Source: an uncultured Ignavibacteria bacterium (lineage in GTDB: Bacteria; Zixibacteria; MSB-5A5; DSPP01). Taken from it: a DNA stretch of 64,000 nucleotides. Positions 9,072 through 17,813 of this stretch are shown one piece after another. Made by a program: the position numbers and the translations under genes. The first letter of the stretch is position 1. Each line of letters begins with the position of its first letter. The notes below the pieces were generated by a model. The model searched no databases, was not told where the DNA came from, and saw only the letters and a program-made list of their open reading frames with translations. The stretch is from NCBI GenBank assembly GCA_964607165.1, contig CAZSIT010000002.1, positions 46,063-110,062 of the forward strand, in the 5' to 3' direction.

Positions 9072-10478
9072 CTACTCTCTTGGCTGTCCAATTTGCGGCG
9101 TTTCCGGGCCAGGAGTGGCGACCGGCAGAGCAACAGGGACATAAAGGGCTGAAGCGATAGCACCGGGATACAAGTGGATTGCAAAGCCGCTCCCGGCATT
9201 ATCAGCGTTCAGATAAAAGGTAACCGCTCCAGGTCCTCCAACCGGAACCACCCGGACGAGCGAAAAACCGTGCGTGGAATTAAAGCCGCTGGTGGCATCG
9301 GCATCCTGATAATAGCGGTCGATATAAGTTCCGCCGCAGGTAGCACTGGAAGCGGGGGTAGTGCACAATCCCATATCAAAACTGACGGTTAAGGAAGCGA
9401 CACCAACGGCGTCCGCATCGTACCACCATTGGCCGGAGACGTTGAGCCATAGAACGCCAGCCGCCGGCACGGTCACGGTAAAAGAAGTGAGGGTGGCCGG
9501 TACGGGGCTTACGGTGAGGGGGGCAGGCAGCAGTACGGAACCGGCCGCCGCTTTTGCGTCGGGGCCGAGCTCAATGGCGCTGATGGCGTTCGCGGGCAGA
9601 ACGGCCGAAGCATTCCCAGCCACCCCGCCATCCAGAGTGATGGTGGTTGCACTGGCGCCGTTTGTCAGGTTGAGGGTGCCGCCACTACCGGTGGTGCCGC
9701 CATAGAGAGATGCCCCTGGGGTGCCACTCTCTTTGTTCAAATTTAAACTCCCTCCAACCGGGCAGGCAAGACAACCACCGTCGAGGGTGGCTGAAATGTT
9801 TCCCGCACCAGCTCCGTTCACGAAGTCCGCTCTCCCATTACCGAGCCCATTTGGGGTTAGAGCGATAACATTACCTGAGAATGAAAAATCCAAACCGAGC
9901 GTGCCATACATAACGTCCCCGGCCCTCTTAACGTAGTCGCCGCTGGTCAGCCCACCCAGCCGGTCGGCATTAATGGCATAGGCCACGCTGGTAATTTCCT
10001 GCCGGGGAGTCATTTCCAGCGCTTCCGTCGTGACCTTAACCCCCAGATAGCGGGGTATGCCATCAAACAGGTCGGCCGGGAAAGCCGGCCCCGTACCTAA
10101 CGGGACGTTGTAAAAGCCATCCGCATCCGGCGTTACAGGGGTGGATTGCGGCCCCCATAAAAGCAGCGCGCCTCCCCCCGGCCCGTCGTAGATTCTGAAT
10201 TCCAAGGTGGTCATCACGGTAATCGGCGCCCCCAATGTGTTGGTCAGTTTCCCCTGATAATTGATGGTGGCAGGCACCACCAAGCTGGCTCCCTGGCCTG
10301 TTCCGGCGGCAGGCGGCTGAATCACCACACCCGGCGGTAGGTCATTGACCCGCGAGGTGAGCGGCTGAACCACCCCACCCCGCGGTTGGTCCGCGGCCTG
10401 CAAACTGCCCCCTGCTGTCAGTAAAAAACTGAACGCTAAAACAGTTAGCGTTAAAGCTGGTAAAAAAGAACGTTTCAT
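9072..10478 (-). CDS. secreted Gly/Ala/Thr-rich protein A2 (paralog of A1) with N-terminal 'INYQGKLTNTLGAPI' module
   Basis: 468 aa; signal peptide; same N-terminal motif and compositional bias as A1; 9-nt gap to B2. Confidence 0.65.
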   Translation of the reverse strand: MKRSFLPALTLTVLAFSFLLTAGGSLQAADQPRGGVVQPLTSRVNDLPPGVVIQPPAAGTGQGASLVVPATINYQGKLTNTLGAPITVMTTLEFRIYDGPGGGALLLWGPQSTPVTPDADGFYNVPLGTGPAFPADLFDGIPRYLGVKVTTEALEMTPRQEITSVAYAINADRLGGLTSGDYVKRAGDVMYGTLGLDFSFSGNVIALTPNGLGNGRADFVNGAGAGNISATLDGGCLACPVGGSLNLNKESGTPGASLYGGTTGSGGTLNLTNGASATTITLDGGVAGNASAVLPANAISAIELGPDAKAAAGSVLLPAPLTVSPVPATLTSFTVTVPAAGVLWLNVSGQWWYDADAVGVASLTVSFDMGLCTTPASSATCGGTYIDRYYQDADATSGFNSTHGFSLVRVVPVGGPGAVTFYLNADNAGSGFAIHLYPGAIASALYVPVALPVATPGPETPQIGQPRE

Positions 10479-10715
10479 TGCTTACTCCTCCCGTTTTTTG
10501 GATTTTTTGATTTCCTGTCCGCCTTTACGGCGGACAGCGTTTACGTCTTTTGGTGATAAAATTAAAAGATTCGCTTCTCCAGCGCTTCCTCCTTTCGTTG
10601 CCTGCCAATCCGAAAAAAATCCTAAAAGCAAAGCTATGTAACTACAAGTCACCCGGCAATCCCCCCACAGAACTGCCGTTTAAAAGCCACTTAAAAAATA
10701 GGCAGGTTTCCTTTT
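10479..10715 (-). promoter_or_regulatory. conserved ~230-nt leader/promoter region (copy 2) with the same CTGTCCGCC-tttac-GGCGGACAG palindrome
   Basis: Blocks 'ttcctcctttcgttgcctgccaatccgaaaaaa' and 'ctatgtaactacaagtcacccggcaatccccccacagaactgccgtttaa' shared with copy 1. Confidence 0.55.
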
Positions 10716-10824
10716 ATTGTCAAGCAAAACTTTGACTTTTTTAACAAAAAAGGTTGCCAATTTCGGAGGAAACCCTATTTTATCCTGCCGGTTCTGATAA
10801 ACCCTGACGGAGGAGGGTAATAAG

Positions 10825-11280
10825 ATGAACAGAACGACTGATGTAATGGCAGCTTGGGGTCCAACGGTTTTGCGGCTGGGGGTAGGGGTGGTTTTTTTCG
10901 CCCATGGCGGCCAGCATATGTGGGGCTGGTACGATGGGCCGGGGCTTTCCAACTGGATGAACTTTTTGGCCGCCACCGGAACGCCCAAATTGCTGACCTT
11001 TCTGGCAGCTTTTTCCGAGTTTTTCGGCGGGGTGGGGCTCTTGCTCGGCCTTTTCACCCGCCTATCCGCCTTTGGAATCTTTTGCGTGATGCTGGTGGCG
11101 GTTTTCAAGGTTCATTTGGAAAGCGGGTTTTTTATGAACTGGGCGGTGGAAGCCGGAATCGGGCACGGGATTGAATTTTCGCTTACGCTTCTTTTCGCCG
11201 CTTTTTCGCTAATCTTGACCGGCTGCGGCCGTTTCGGGCTGGATAACCTGATTTGGAAGAAAAAGCCGATGGCCAATTAG
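10825..11280 (+). CDS. DoxX-family membrane protein
   Basis: 151 aa, four predicted TM helices, DoxX-like 'FFAHGGQHMWGWY' region; GGAGG RBS. Confidence 0.6.
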   Translation: MNRTTDVMAAWGPTVLRLGVGVVFFAHGGQHMWGWYDGPGLSNWMNFLAATGTPKLLTFLAAFSEFFGGVGLLLGLFTRLSAFGIFCVMLVAVFKVHLESGFFMNWAVEAGIGHGIEFSLTLLFAAFSLILTGCGRFGLDNLIWKKKPMAN

Positions 11281-11297
11281 CCGGTCGATAAATGTCA

Positions 11298-11328
11298 AAG
11301 GGGCGGGTTTTACCCGCCTTTTTCGCTT
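11298..11328 (+). terminator. Rho-independent terminator after DoxX gene
   Basis: GGGGCGGG-tttta-CCCGCC followed by TTTTTCGCTTT. Confidence 0.7.
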
Positions 11329-11420
11329 TGAGCTTTTCACGTTTGGATTTATATTCCCGCCTTAAAAAATGTTCAGAATCTGGAGTTTTTGTAGATAGCC
11401 GGTCACTAAAGGGAGGAATT

Positions 11421-14018
11421 ATGCGCGAATTTAAATTCGCCAGTCTTTTTCTTTTGACAACCTTTGCCGCCCTCTTTGCCCGCGGCCGCTGGGGAGACCA
11501 ATATTCCGACTTCCACTTCGCCCGCGACCGGGCCTTTGATTTAATCCACACCAGGCTGGAAATCTCCTTTAACGAAAAGGAGCGTTCGCTGGCCGGAAAG
11601 GTGACCCATACTTTCACTCCCCTTTTGCCGAATCAAAGATTTGTAGTTCTGGATGCCGTCGGTTTAAACATCGAAAAAATCTCGGATCCCACGGGCAATT
11701 CTTTGGCCTTTGACCAGTTTGACGGCAAGTTGAAAATAGATTTGGGGCTGCCCTTCCGGCCGCAGTTCGACACTTTCTTTGTGACCATCGACTACAACGG
11801 CAAGCCAAAGGAGGGAATTTATTTCGTTCAACCGGATTCAAGATACCCGCGCAAAAAGCATCAAATCTGGAGCCAGGGGGAAGACGAATACACCCGCTAC
11901 TGGATACCGATTTACGATTATCCGAATGACAAGGCTACTTCGGAGGTGCTGGTGACCGTGCCGGAAAAATACTTGGCGGTCTCCAACGGAGAGCTGGTTT
12001 CCGACACCCGCGCCAACGATATGCGCACTTTTCACTGGCGGGAAAACGTCCCCCACGTTACCTATCTGATTTCCCTTGTCGCCGGTGAACTGGAAATGTA
12101 TTCCGATACGGCCACCGTGTATGTGGATAACAAAATAAAAATCGTTCCAATGCTTTATTACCATCCTCCCGGCGAGAAGGAAAAATCGGTCCGCTCTTTC
12201 GGCAAAACCGGCAAGATGATTCGCTTCTTTTCGGAAAAAATTGGCGTGCCGTATCCCTACGAAAAGTATGCGCAGGCGGCGATTGACGAGTTTATGTGGG
12301 GCGGGATGGAAAACATCTCGGCCACCAGCCAGACCGAGCGCACGCTCCACGACCGGCTGGCGCATCAGGATTTTAAATCCGAGGGGCTGGTGGCGCATGA
12401 GCTGGCGCACCAATGGTGGGGGGATTTGCTCACCTGCCGGGACTGGTCGCACATCTGGCTGAACGAGGGGTTCGCCACCTACTTTGACGCTCTCTTTCAG
12501 GAATACGATTTAGGGTCGGATGAAATGCCGGTGGAAATGCGCGATAATCGGGACGGCTATTTGAATGAGGACAAAAGCTATCGCCGTCCCATCGTCACCA
12601 GCTATTACACCGACCCGTTCGATATGTTCGACCGGCACACCTATCCCAAGGGGGCCTGGGTTTTGCACATGCTGCGCACCTATCTCGGAGAAGAGTTCTG
12701 GTGGAAGGGAATCAACCATTACTGTCAAAAGCATTACGCCGACAACGTGGGAACATCCGACTTTGAGCGGGCGATGGAAGAAACGACCGGAAAAAACCTG
12801 GATTGGTTTTTCCAGCAGTGGGTCTATAAAGGCGGCTATCCGGAGTTTAAAATCCGAACCAGTTGGGACGATTCCGCCAAAGTGACCAAAATCAGTATTG
12901 AACAAATGCAGCCGACCGATTCGCTTACGCCGATTTTCCGGGTCAAACTGCCGGCGGTGGTCACCACTTCGAAAGAAGCCCTCCTTGATACGTTCTGGAT
13001 TGACCAGAAAGAAGAAGTTTTCTATATCGCCACTTCCGAGCGGCCCCAAATGGTGGAAATCGACCCGCGTTTGACGGTTCTGAAAACGGTTGACTTTGAG
13101 CGCTCAGAAGAAGCTCTGCGGTATCAATTGGTAAACAGCAAAGTTACCGAAAGCCGGCGGGAAGCGGCCGAGGCTTTGGCCAAGTTCAACTCGGATGAAA
13201 CCATCGAAGCTCTCTCAAACACCCTTAAATCCGAGCCTTTTTACGATGTTCGCCGACAGACCGCTTTGTCCCTGGGAGAAATTCGCGGAGAGAAAGCCAA
13301 AAAAGCCTTGTTTGTCGGTTTGGGGGATAAGGATTCACGCGTACGTCTGAACTGCGTGAAAGCTTTGGTTAAATTCAGAGACGATGCCGAGGTGGTGGCC
13401 AAACTCAAGCAGGTATTTTCCTCGGACACCAGCTACGCCACCGTGGCCGCCGTGATGACTACCATTGCCAAATTGGAACCGCCGGACGCCTTTGAATTTT
13501 TGCAAAAGGGGCTTTTGCGCTCTTCGCATAACGAAGTCATCTCCACTGCAACGCTGGCCGGATTGGCCGAGTTGAAAGACCCGCGTGCCGTTGATATTTT
13601 GATTGCCCACACGGCCTACGGCCGCCCCGAACCGATTCGCAACGCCGCCATCGCTGCTTTGGGAAAATTAGGCGGCATTTTGCGCGATGAAAAAGGAGTT
13701 TCCGCCTCCCGTATGCAAAAACAGATTCGCCAAACGTTAGTGGACTTACTTTCCGACTCAAAGTATACCAGCCGCCGCTCGGCTATTTCCGCCCTCGGCG
13801 CTTTCGGCGACCCGGAAACCATAAACGAACTAAAAAAAGTGGAAACCCGCGAAGTTTCCTACCAGTTGAAAAAAGGCGCCCGTCAGGCGATAGAATCCAT
13901 CCGCACGGCCAATAAGGAAGCGCTGACCCCGGACGAGCTCCGCGCCCGTTTGGAAGGGCTGGAAGATGATAACAAAGCCCTGCGTCAGCGGCTTGAGGCG
14001 TTGGAAAAGAAAAAGTAA
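11421..14018 (+). CDS. M1-family zinc aminopeptidase with C-terminal HEAT (PBS-lyase-like) repeats and terminal coiled coil
   Basis: 'GGMEN' exopeptidase motif and 'HELAHQWWGDLLTCRDW...WLNEGFATYF' HExxH-x18-E zinc site; repeated 'DxxVRxxAxxALGxxG' HEAT units at the C-terminus; annotated ORF start 11292 overlaps the terminator, so the GGAGG-preceded ATG at 11421 was chosen. Confidence 0.8.
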   Translation: MREFKFASLFLLTTFAALFARGRWGDQYSDFHFARDRAFDLIHTRLEISFNEKERSLAGKVTHTFTPLLPNQRFVVLDAVGLNIEKISDPTGNSLAFDQFDGKLKIDLGLPFRPQFDTFFVTIDYNGKPKEGIYFVQPDSRYPRKKHQIWSQGEDEYTRYWIPIYDYPNDKATSEVLVTVPEKYLAVSNGELVSDTRANDMRTFHWRENVPHVTYLISLVAGELEMYSDTATVYVDNKIKIVPMLYYHPPGEKEKSVRSFGKTGKMIRFFSEKIGVPYPYEKYAQAAIDEFMWGGMENISATSQTERTLHDRLAHQDFKSEGLVAHELAHQWWGDLLTCRDWSHIWLNEGFATYFDALFQEYDLGSDEMPVEMRDNRDGYLNEDKSYRRPIVTSYYTDPFDMFDRHTYPKGAWVLHMLRTYLGEEFWWKGINHYCQKHYADNVGTSDFERAMEETTGKNLDWFFQQWVYKGGYPEFKIRTSWDDSAKVTKISIEQMQPTDSLTPIFRVKLPAVVTTSKEALLDTFWIDQKEEVFYIATSERPQMVEIDPRLTVLKTVDFERSEEALRYQLVNSKVTESRREAAEALAKFNSDETIEALSNTLKSEPFYDVRRQTALSLGEIRGEKAKKALFVGLGDKDSRVRLNCVKALVKFRDDAEVVAKLKQVFSSDTSYATVAAVMTTIAKLEPPDAFEFLQKGLLRSSHNEVISTATLAGLAELKDPRAVDILIAHTAYGRPEPIRNAAIAALGKLGGILRDEKGVSASRMQKQIRQTLVDLLSDSKYTSRRSAISALGAFGDPETINELKKVETREVSYQLKKGARQAIESIRTANKEALTPDELRARLEGLEDDNKALRQRLEALEKKK

Positions 14019-14028
14019 GCCCCCTCAT

Positions 14029-14616
14029 ATGGTTGACAAGGATAATTCTTTATTGAAGTGGGACGAACTCATAAGTTTCCAGCTTCGAATTGCGGAAAGA
14101 TGGTTGAGACGGGGAAGAGAGACACAAGATTCGTTTGCTCAGTTCTTTTTTTTCTTTGCTGGGTTCAACGCCTTATACTTTTTGTGGCTAAAAATAGATG
14201 ACCTCAAAAACGAGGAAGGTAAATCAGCAAGAGAGGAAAAACAGATAGAAAATCTCTTGAAAAAGCTCGGCGAAGAAGCCGATGAAATTTTGACAGAACT
14301 TTCCACACATATCGATTTCTTCGCTAAACATACACCCATACAACGTATGGACAAAAGGACTGCTGAAAATCCTTACGAGGGAGATGAAGAAGAAGGGAAA
14401 AAAGCACTCCGAAAGCTTGCGAGAAATAGCACTCTCGTTGATCAGTTGGTAGGGCTTGGAAAAATAGTTTATCTTGTGAGGTCAAATTTATTTCATGGAA
14501 GTAAGGCTTTGGAGGGTGACGATAAAGATATTATTGAAAACAGTGTGCGACCATTAGAAATTTTCCTTGAAAGATCTATAAAAATGACGAAGCGTCAAAG
14601 TCCTTCGTATACGTGA
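14029..14616 (+). CDS. hypothetical protein with HEPN-like Rx4HG motif (AT-rich islet gene 1)
   Basis: 195 aa; 'VRSNLFHGSK' fits the HEPN R-x4-6-H motif; region visibly AT-richer than flanks; 3-nt gap to next gene. Confidence 0.35.
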   Translation: MVDKDNSLLKWDELISFQLRIAERWLRRGRETQDSFAQFFFFFAGFNALYFLWLKIDDLKNEEGKSAREEKQIENLLKKLGEEADEILTELSTHIDFFAKHTPIQRMDKRTAENPYEGDEEEGKKALRKLARNSTLVDQLVGLGKIVYLVRSNLFHGSKALEGDDKDIIENSVRPLEIFLERSIKMTKRQSPSYT

Positions 14617-14619
14617 AAA

Positions 14620-15075
14620 ATGCCCCTATATTTTGCCTACGGTTCAAACCTGGACACACAACGAATGATTTCAGCTAACGGCAGATGTCCAAACTCGGAA
14701 AAAATAGGTAGCGCTTGTCTTAAAGGTTACCGTTTGGTTTTTACTCGATATTCATCACTTTGGGGAGGGGGCGTCGCAGATGTGATTTCTGATCCCGAAA
14801 GCGAGGTTTGGGGAATAGTTTATGACGTGGCTGAAAAGGACTTTGAACGATTGGATTACTATGAAGGTTACCCCACTTTCTACGATCGATTTCAAGCTTC
14901 AATCAACACTGCCAACGGAGTGATTTCAAATGTTTGGGTTTATGCGGTGGTTGATAAAGGAGACTTTAGCCCACCTACTAAAAATTACTTGAAAATCATA
15001 CTGACCGCTGTTAAAGAAAATGAATTTCCAGAAGATTATCGATCTTTTCTCTCTACTATTAAAACTAAAGATTAG
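14620..15075 (+). CDS. gamma-glutamyl cyclotransferase (GGCT/AIG2-like) family protein (AT-rich islet gene 2)
   Basis: 151 aa; N-terminal 'YFAYGSNL' and 'YEGYP' motifs of the AIG2/GGCT fold. Confidence 0.6.
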   Translation: MPLYFAYGSNLDTQRMISANGRCPNSEKIGSACLKGYRLVFTRYSSLWGGGVADVISDPESEVWGIVYDVAEKDFERLDYYEGYPTFYDRFQASINTANGVISNVWVYAVVDKGDFSPPTKNYLKIILTAVKENEFPEDYRSFLSTIKTKD

Positions 15076-15081
15076 GCTAGC

Positions 15082-16038
15082 ATGATTAAAACGCTCGTTT
15101 TCGAGAACGGCTCTCTCCGCGAAGGGAAACTGGAGGAGCTCGAAAAACCTGGGGTCATCGGCTGGGTTGATTTGGAAAACCCGTCTGATGAAGAATTGGC
15201 ATCCGCTGCCAATCTGACTAAACTCGAGCCGAACGAGCTGAAGGACAACTTGGGCAAAGGGCAGGGGGCGATTACCAAAAACTATGAGCAATACTCTCTT
15301 TTGGTTTTCCGTTCCGCCTTAAAGGGTCAGCGGGAGACTTTCACCCAGCCTTTTGTAATCCTGGTCTCCAAGAAGAATAAGGATTTAATTACCATTCACC
15401 GTCACCCCTCCTCCAGCCTGGAACGGATTTACGCCTATCCCCAGCAAAGGCTAATTCCCCTTTTTTCCAAAGGGCCGACGATGCTGCTTTATGTCCTTTT
15501 GGGGGAGTTCATCGAAAGCTACCGCACTGCCTTGACCGCCGTTGAAGATGTGGTCGAAGAGGTGGAAGAAGCGGTAATAAGTGGCAGCTCCCGGGAAACG
15601 GTCTTAAAACAGGTTCTGGGACTGAAAAAAGCTTTGGTTTTCTACCGCAAAGATTTATCGGCCAATCGCGAAGTGGTTTCCTCAATTGAAAAAGAATACG
15701 CCGACCATCTGGATAAAAGTTTATTGCCCAAGTTTCGATTGCATTATGCCGATTTGTCCTCGCTGGTCGATAGCGTTTCGATTTACAACGATATTTTATC
15801 GACGGCAACCGAAGTGCATCTTTCTATCGTTTCCAATAATCTCAATTTAACAATGAAAAAAATGACTTCGTGGGGAGCGATTATTTTAGTCCCCTCATTG
15901 ATTGCGGGAATTTACGGAATGAATTTCGTTCACCTTCCTCTTTCCGGGATTAAAGGCGGCTTTTGGATTTTACTTGCCCTGATGGCCGCCTCGGTAGCCG
16001 GCTTGGTGCGTTATTTTAAAAAGCAGGATTGGCTGTAG
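15082..16038 (+). CDS. corA: CorA-family Mg2+/Co2+ transporter
   Basis: 318 aa; C-terminal two TM helices with 'YGMNF' signature. Confidence 0.8.
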   Translation: MIKTLVFENGSLREGKLEELEKPGVIGWVDLENPSDEELASAANLTKLEPNELKDNLGKGQGAITKNYEQYSLLVFRSALKGQRETFTQPFVILVSKKNKDLITIHRHPSSSLERIYAYPQQRLIPLFSKGPTMLLYVLLGEFIESYRTALTAVEDVVEEVEEAVISGSSRETVLKQVLGLKKALVFYRKDLSANREVVSSIEKEYADHLDKSLLPKFRLHYADLSSLVDSVSIYNDILSTATEVHLSIVSNNLNLTMKKMTSWGAIILVPSLIAGIYGMNFVHLPLSGIKGGFWILLALMAASVAGLVRYFKKQDWL

Positions 16039-16120
16039 GGGCACGTTGCCACGTGCCCTCATCGACGGCATTGACGCTGGCTCAAAATTTGCGGATATTT
16101 ACACTCGAGGAATTTAGCGT

Positions 16121-16486
16121 ATGTACGAAATTTCGGTAACTACGGGTTTTGCGGCGTCCCATCATATAAAGGGATACGACGGCGAATGTGCCCGCGACCA
16201 CGGCCACAACTGGAAAACCGAAGTGGTGGTGGGCGTACCGAATTTGGACGCCGCCGGAATGGCGATAGATTTTAAAAAAGTAAAAAACATTCTCGAAGAA
16301 ATCACCGCCCCGTTAGACCATCGCAACTTGAACGATTTGCACCCTTTCACCGAGCAAAATCCAACTTCGGAAAACATCGCTGCCTGGATTTTTTCCGAAC
16401 TGGAAAAAAGATTGCCGGCCGGCGCCAAGCCGGTGCGCGTGCGGGTCTGGGAAACCGATAGATATTCGGTCACTTATTCCAAATGA
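16121..16486 (+). CDS. queD: 6-carboxy-5,6,7,8-tetrahydropterin synthase
   Basis: 121 aa; 'CARDHGHNW' Cx3-HGH zinc motif. Confidence 0.85.
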   Translation: MYEISVTTGFAASHHIKGYDGECARDHGHNWKTEVVVGVPNLDAAGMAIDFKKVKNILEEITAPLDHRNLNDLHPFTEQNPTSENIAAWIFSELEKRLPAGAKPVRVRVWETDRYSVTYSK

Positions 16487-17124
16487 GCTTAAAAGTCAAC
16501 GAAATCTACCATTCCATTCAGGGCGAATCCTCCTATGCCGGGCTGCCCTGCGTATTCGTCCGCCTGACCGGCTGCAACCTGCGCTGTGTTTGGTGCGATA
16601 CGGAATATGCCTTTTACGAAGGGGAATGGAAAAGCTTGGACCAGATTGTGGCCGAAGTGGCGCAATTCGGCTGCAACCTGGTCGAGCTGACCGGCGGCGA
16701 GCCGCTTTTGCAAAAAGAAAGCTTCGCTTTGATCGATAAGCTCATCGAAGCTGGCTTCACGGTTCTGATTGAAACCAGCGGCTCAATTCCCCTGGAAAAA
16801 TTGAATCCCGAAGCGATTAAGATAATGGATATTAAATGCCCCGGCAGCAAAATGGAGCATAAAAATCACTGGCCGAACGTCGATTATCTTACACCGAAAG
16901 ACGAAGTCAAGTTCGTACTGGCCGACCGGGCTGATTACGACTGGGCCGTTGATATAATGCGCAAGTATCGACTCGACAAGAAAGCGACCGTGCTTTTTTC
17001 AACCGTTTTCGATAAACTTGAATCGATGAAAGTGGTGGAATGGATTTTGCAGGACAAGCTCCCCGTCCGCTTTCAATTGCAAATGCATAAGTATATCTGG
17101 CATCCGGAAACGAAGGGCGTATGA
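16483..17124 (+). CDS. queE: 7-carboxy-7-deazaguanine synthase (radical SAM)
   Basis: 213 aa; 'CNLRCVWCDT' cluster; ATGA overlap with queD. Confidence 0.85.
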   Translation: MSLKVNEIYHSIQGESSYAGLPCVFVRLTGCNLRCVWCDTEYAFYEGEWKSLDQIVAEVAQFGCNLVELTGGEPLLQKESFALIDKLIEAGFTVLIETSGSIPLEKLNPEAIKIMDIKCPGSKMEHKNHWPNVDYLTPKDEVKFVLADRADYDWAVDIMRKYRLDKKATVLFSTVFDKLESMKVVEWILQDKLPVRFQLQMHKYIWHPETKGV

Positions 17125-17813
17125 CCAAACCGCTGGCAGTTGTCTTAATAAGTGGCGGAATGGATTCAGCCGTCGCCCTCGGAATAACTTTGAAAGAAGG
17201 TTTTGAAGTCGCCGCACTCCATCTGAACTACGGTCAGAGAACCCAAGCGCAGGAAAAAAAGGCTTTTCACGACATCTGCAATTACTACGGTATATCAAAA
17301 AAGTTGGCAGTATCGTTACCCTATTTTAGCCAGATTGGCGGTTCAAGTTTGACCGATGAGAAAGTCCCGGTTTCGACTTCAGGAATTGACCCGAATGTTA
17401 TTCCAACCTCGTATGTCCCTTTCCGCAACGCTCACGGATTATCGATTGCCACTTCCTGGGCAGAAGTTTTGGGCGCGTCCCGAATCGTTATCGGCGCGGT
17501 GGAAGAAGACAGCTCCGGGTATCCCGACTGTCGGGAGATTTTTTATAAAGCTTTTGAAAAAGCTATCGATTTGGGCACCAAACCGGAAACGAAAATTGAG
17601 ATTTCGACGCCCGTTATTCGCCTCTCCAAAACCGCCATCGTCCGCAAAGGAACCGAGCTCGGTGCGCCTTTCCATTTGACCTGGTCTTGTTATCAAAGCG
17701 AGGACGTAGCCTGCGGCATTTGCGACAGCTGCCGCTTGCGGTCAAAAGGTTTTGCCGAAGCCGGCGTTCTCGACCCCATCCTCTATCGACAGAAGGCCGA
17801 AATCTATGCGTGA
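17121..17813 (+). CDS. queC: 7-cyano-7-deazaguanine (preQ0) synthase
   Basis: 230 aa; PP-loop 'LISGGMDS'; C-terminal Cys cluster 'CGICDSC'. Confidence 0.85.
   Translation: MTKPLAVVLISGGMDSAVALGITLKEGFEVAALHLNYGQRTQAQEKKAFHDICNYYGISKKLAVSLPYFSQIGGSSLTDEKVPVSTSGIDPNVIPTSYVPFRNAHGLSIATSWAEVLGASRIVIGAVEEDSSGYPDCREIFYKAFEKAIDLGTKPETKIEISTPVIRLSKTAIVRKGTELGAPFHLTWSCYQSEDVACGICDSCRLRSKGFAEAGVLDPILYRQKAEIYA

Noticed and set aside
11292-11420. Annotated N-terminal extension of the M1 aminopeptidase ORF (start 11292), and the similar 13966 extension of the HEPN-like ORF
   Set aside because: The extensions overlap an intrinsic terminator or the upstream gene and lack RBSs. Internal ATGs (11421, 14029) have proper spacing and RBS or context.
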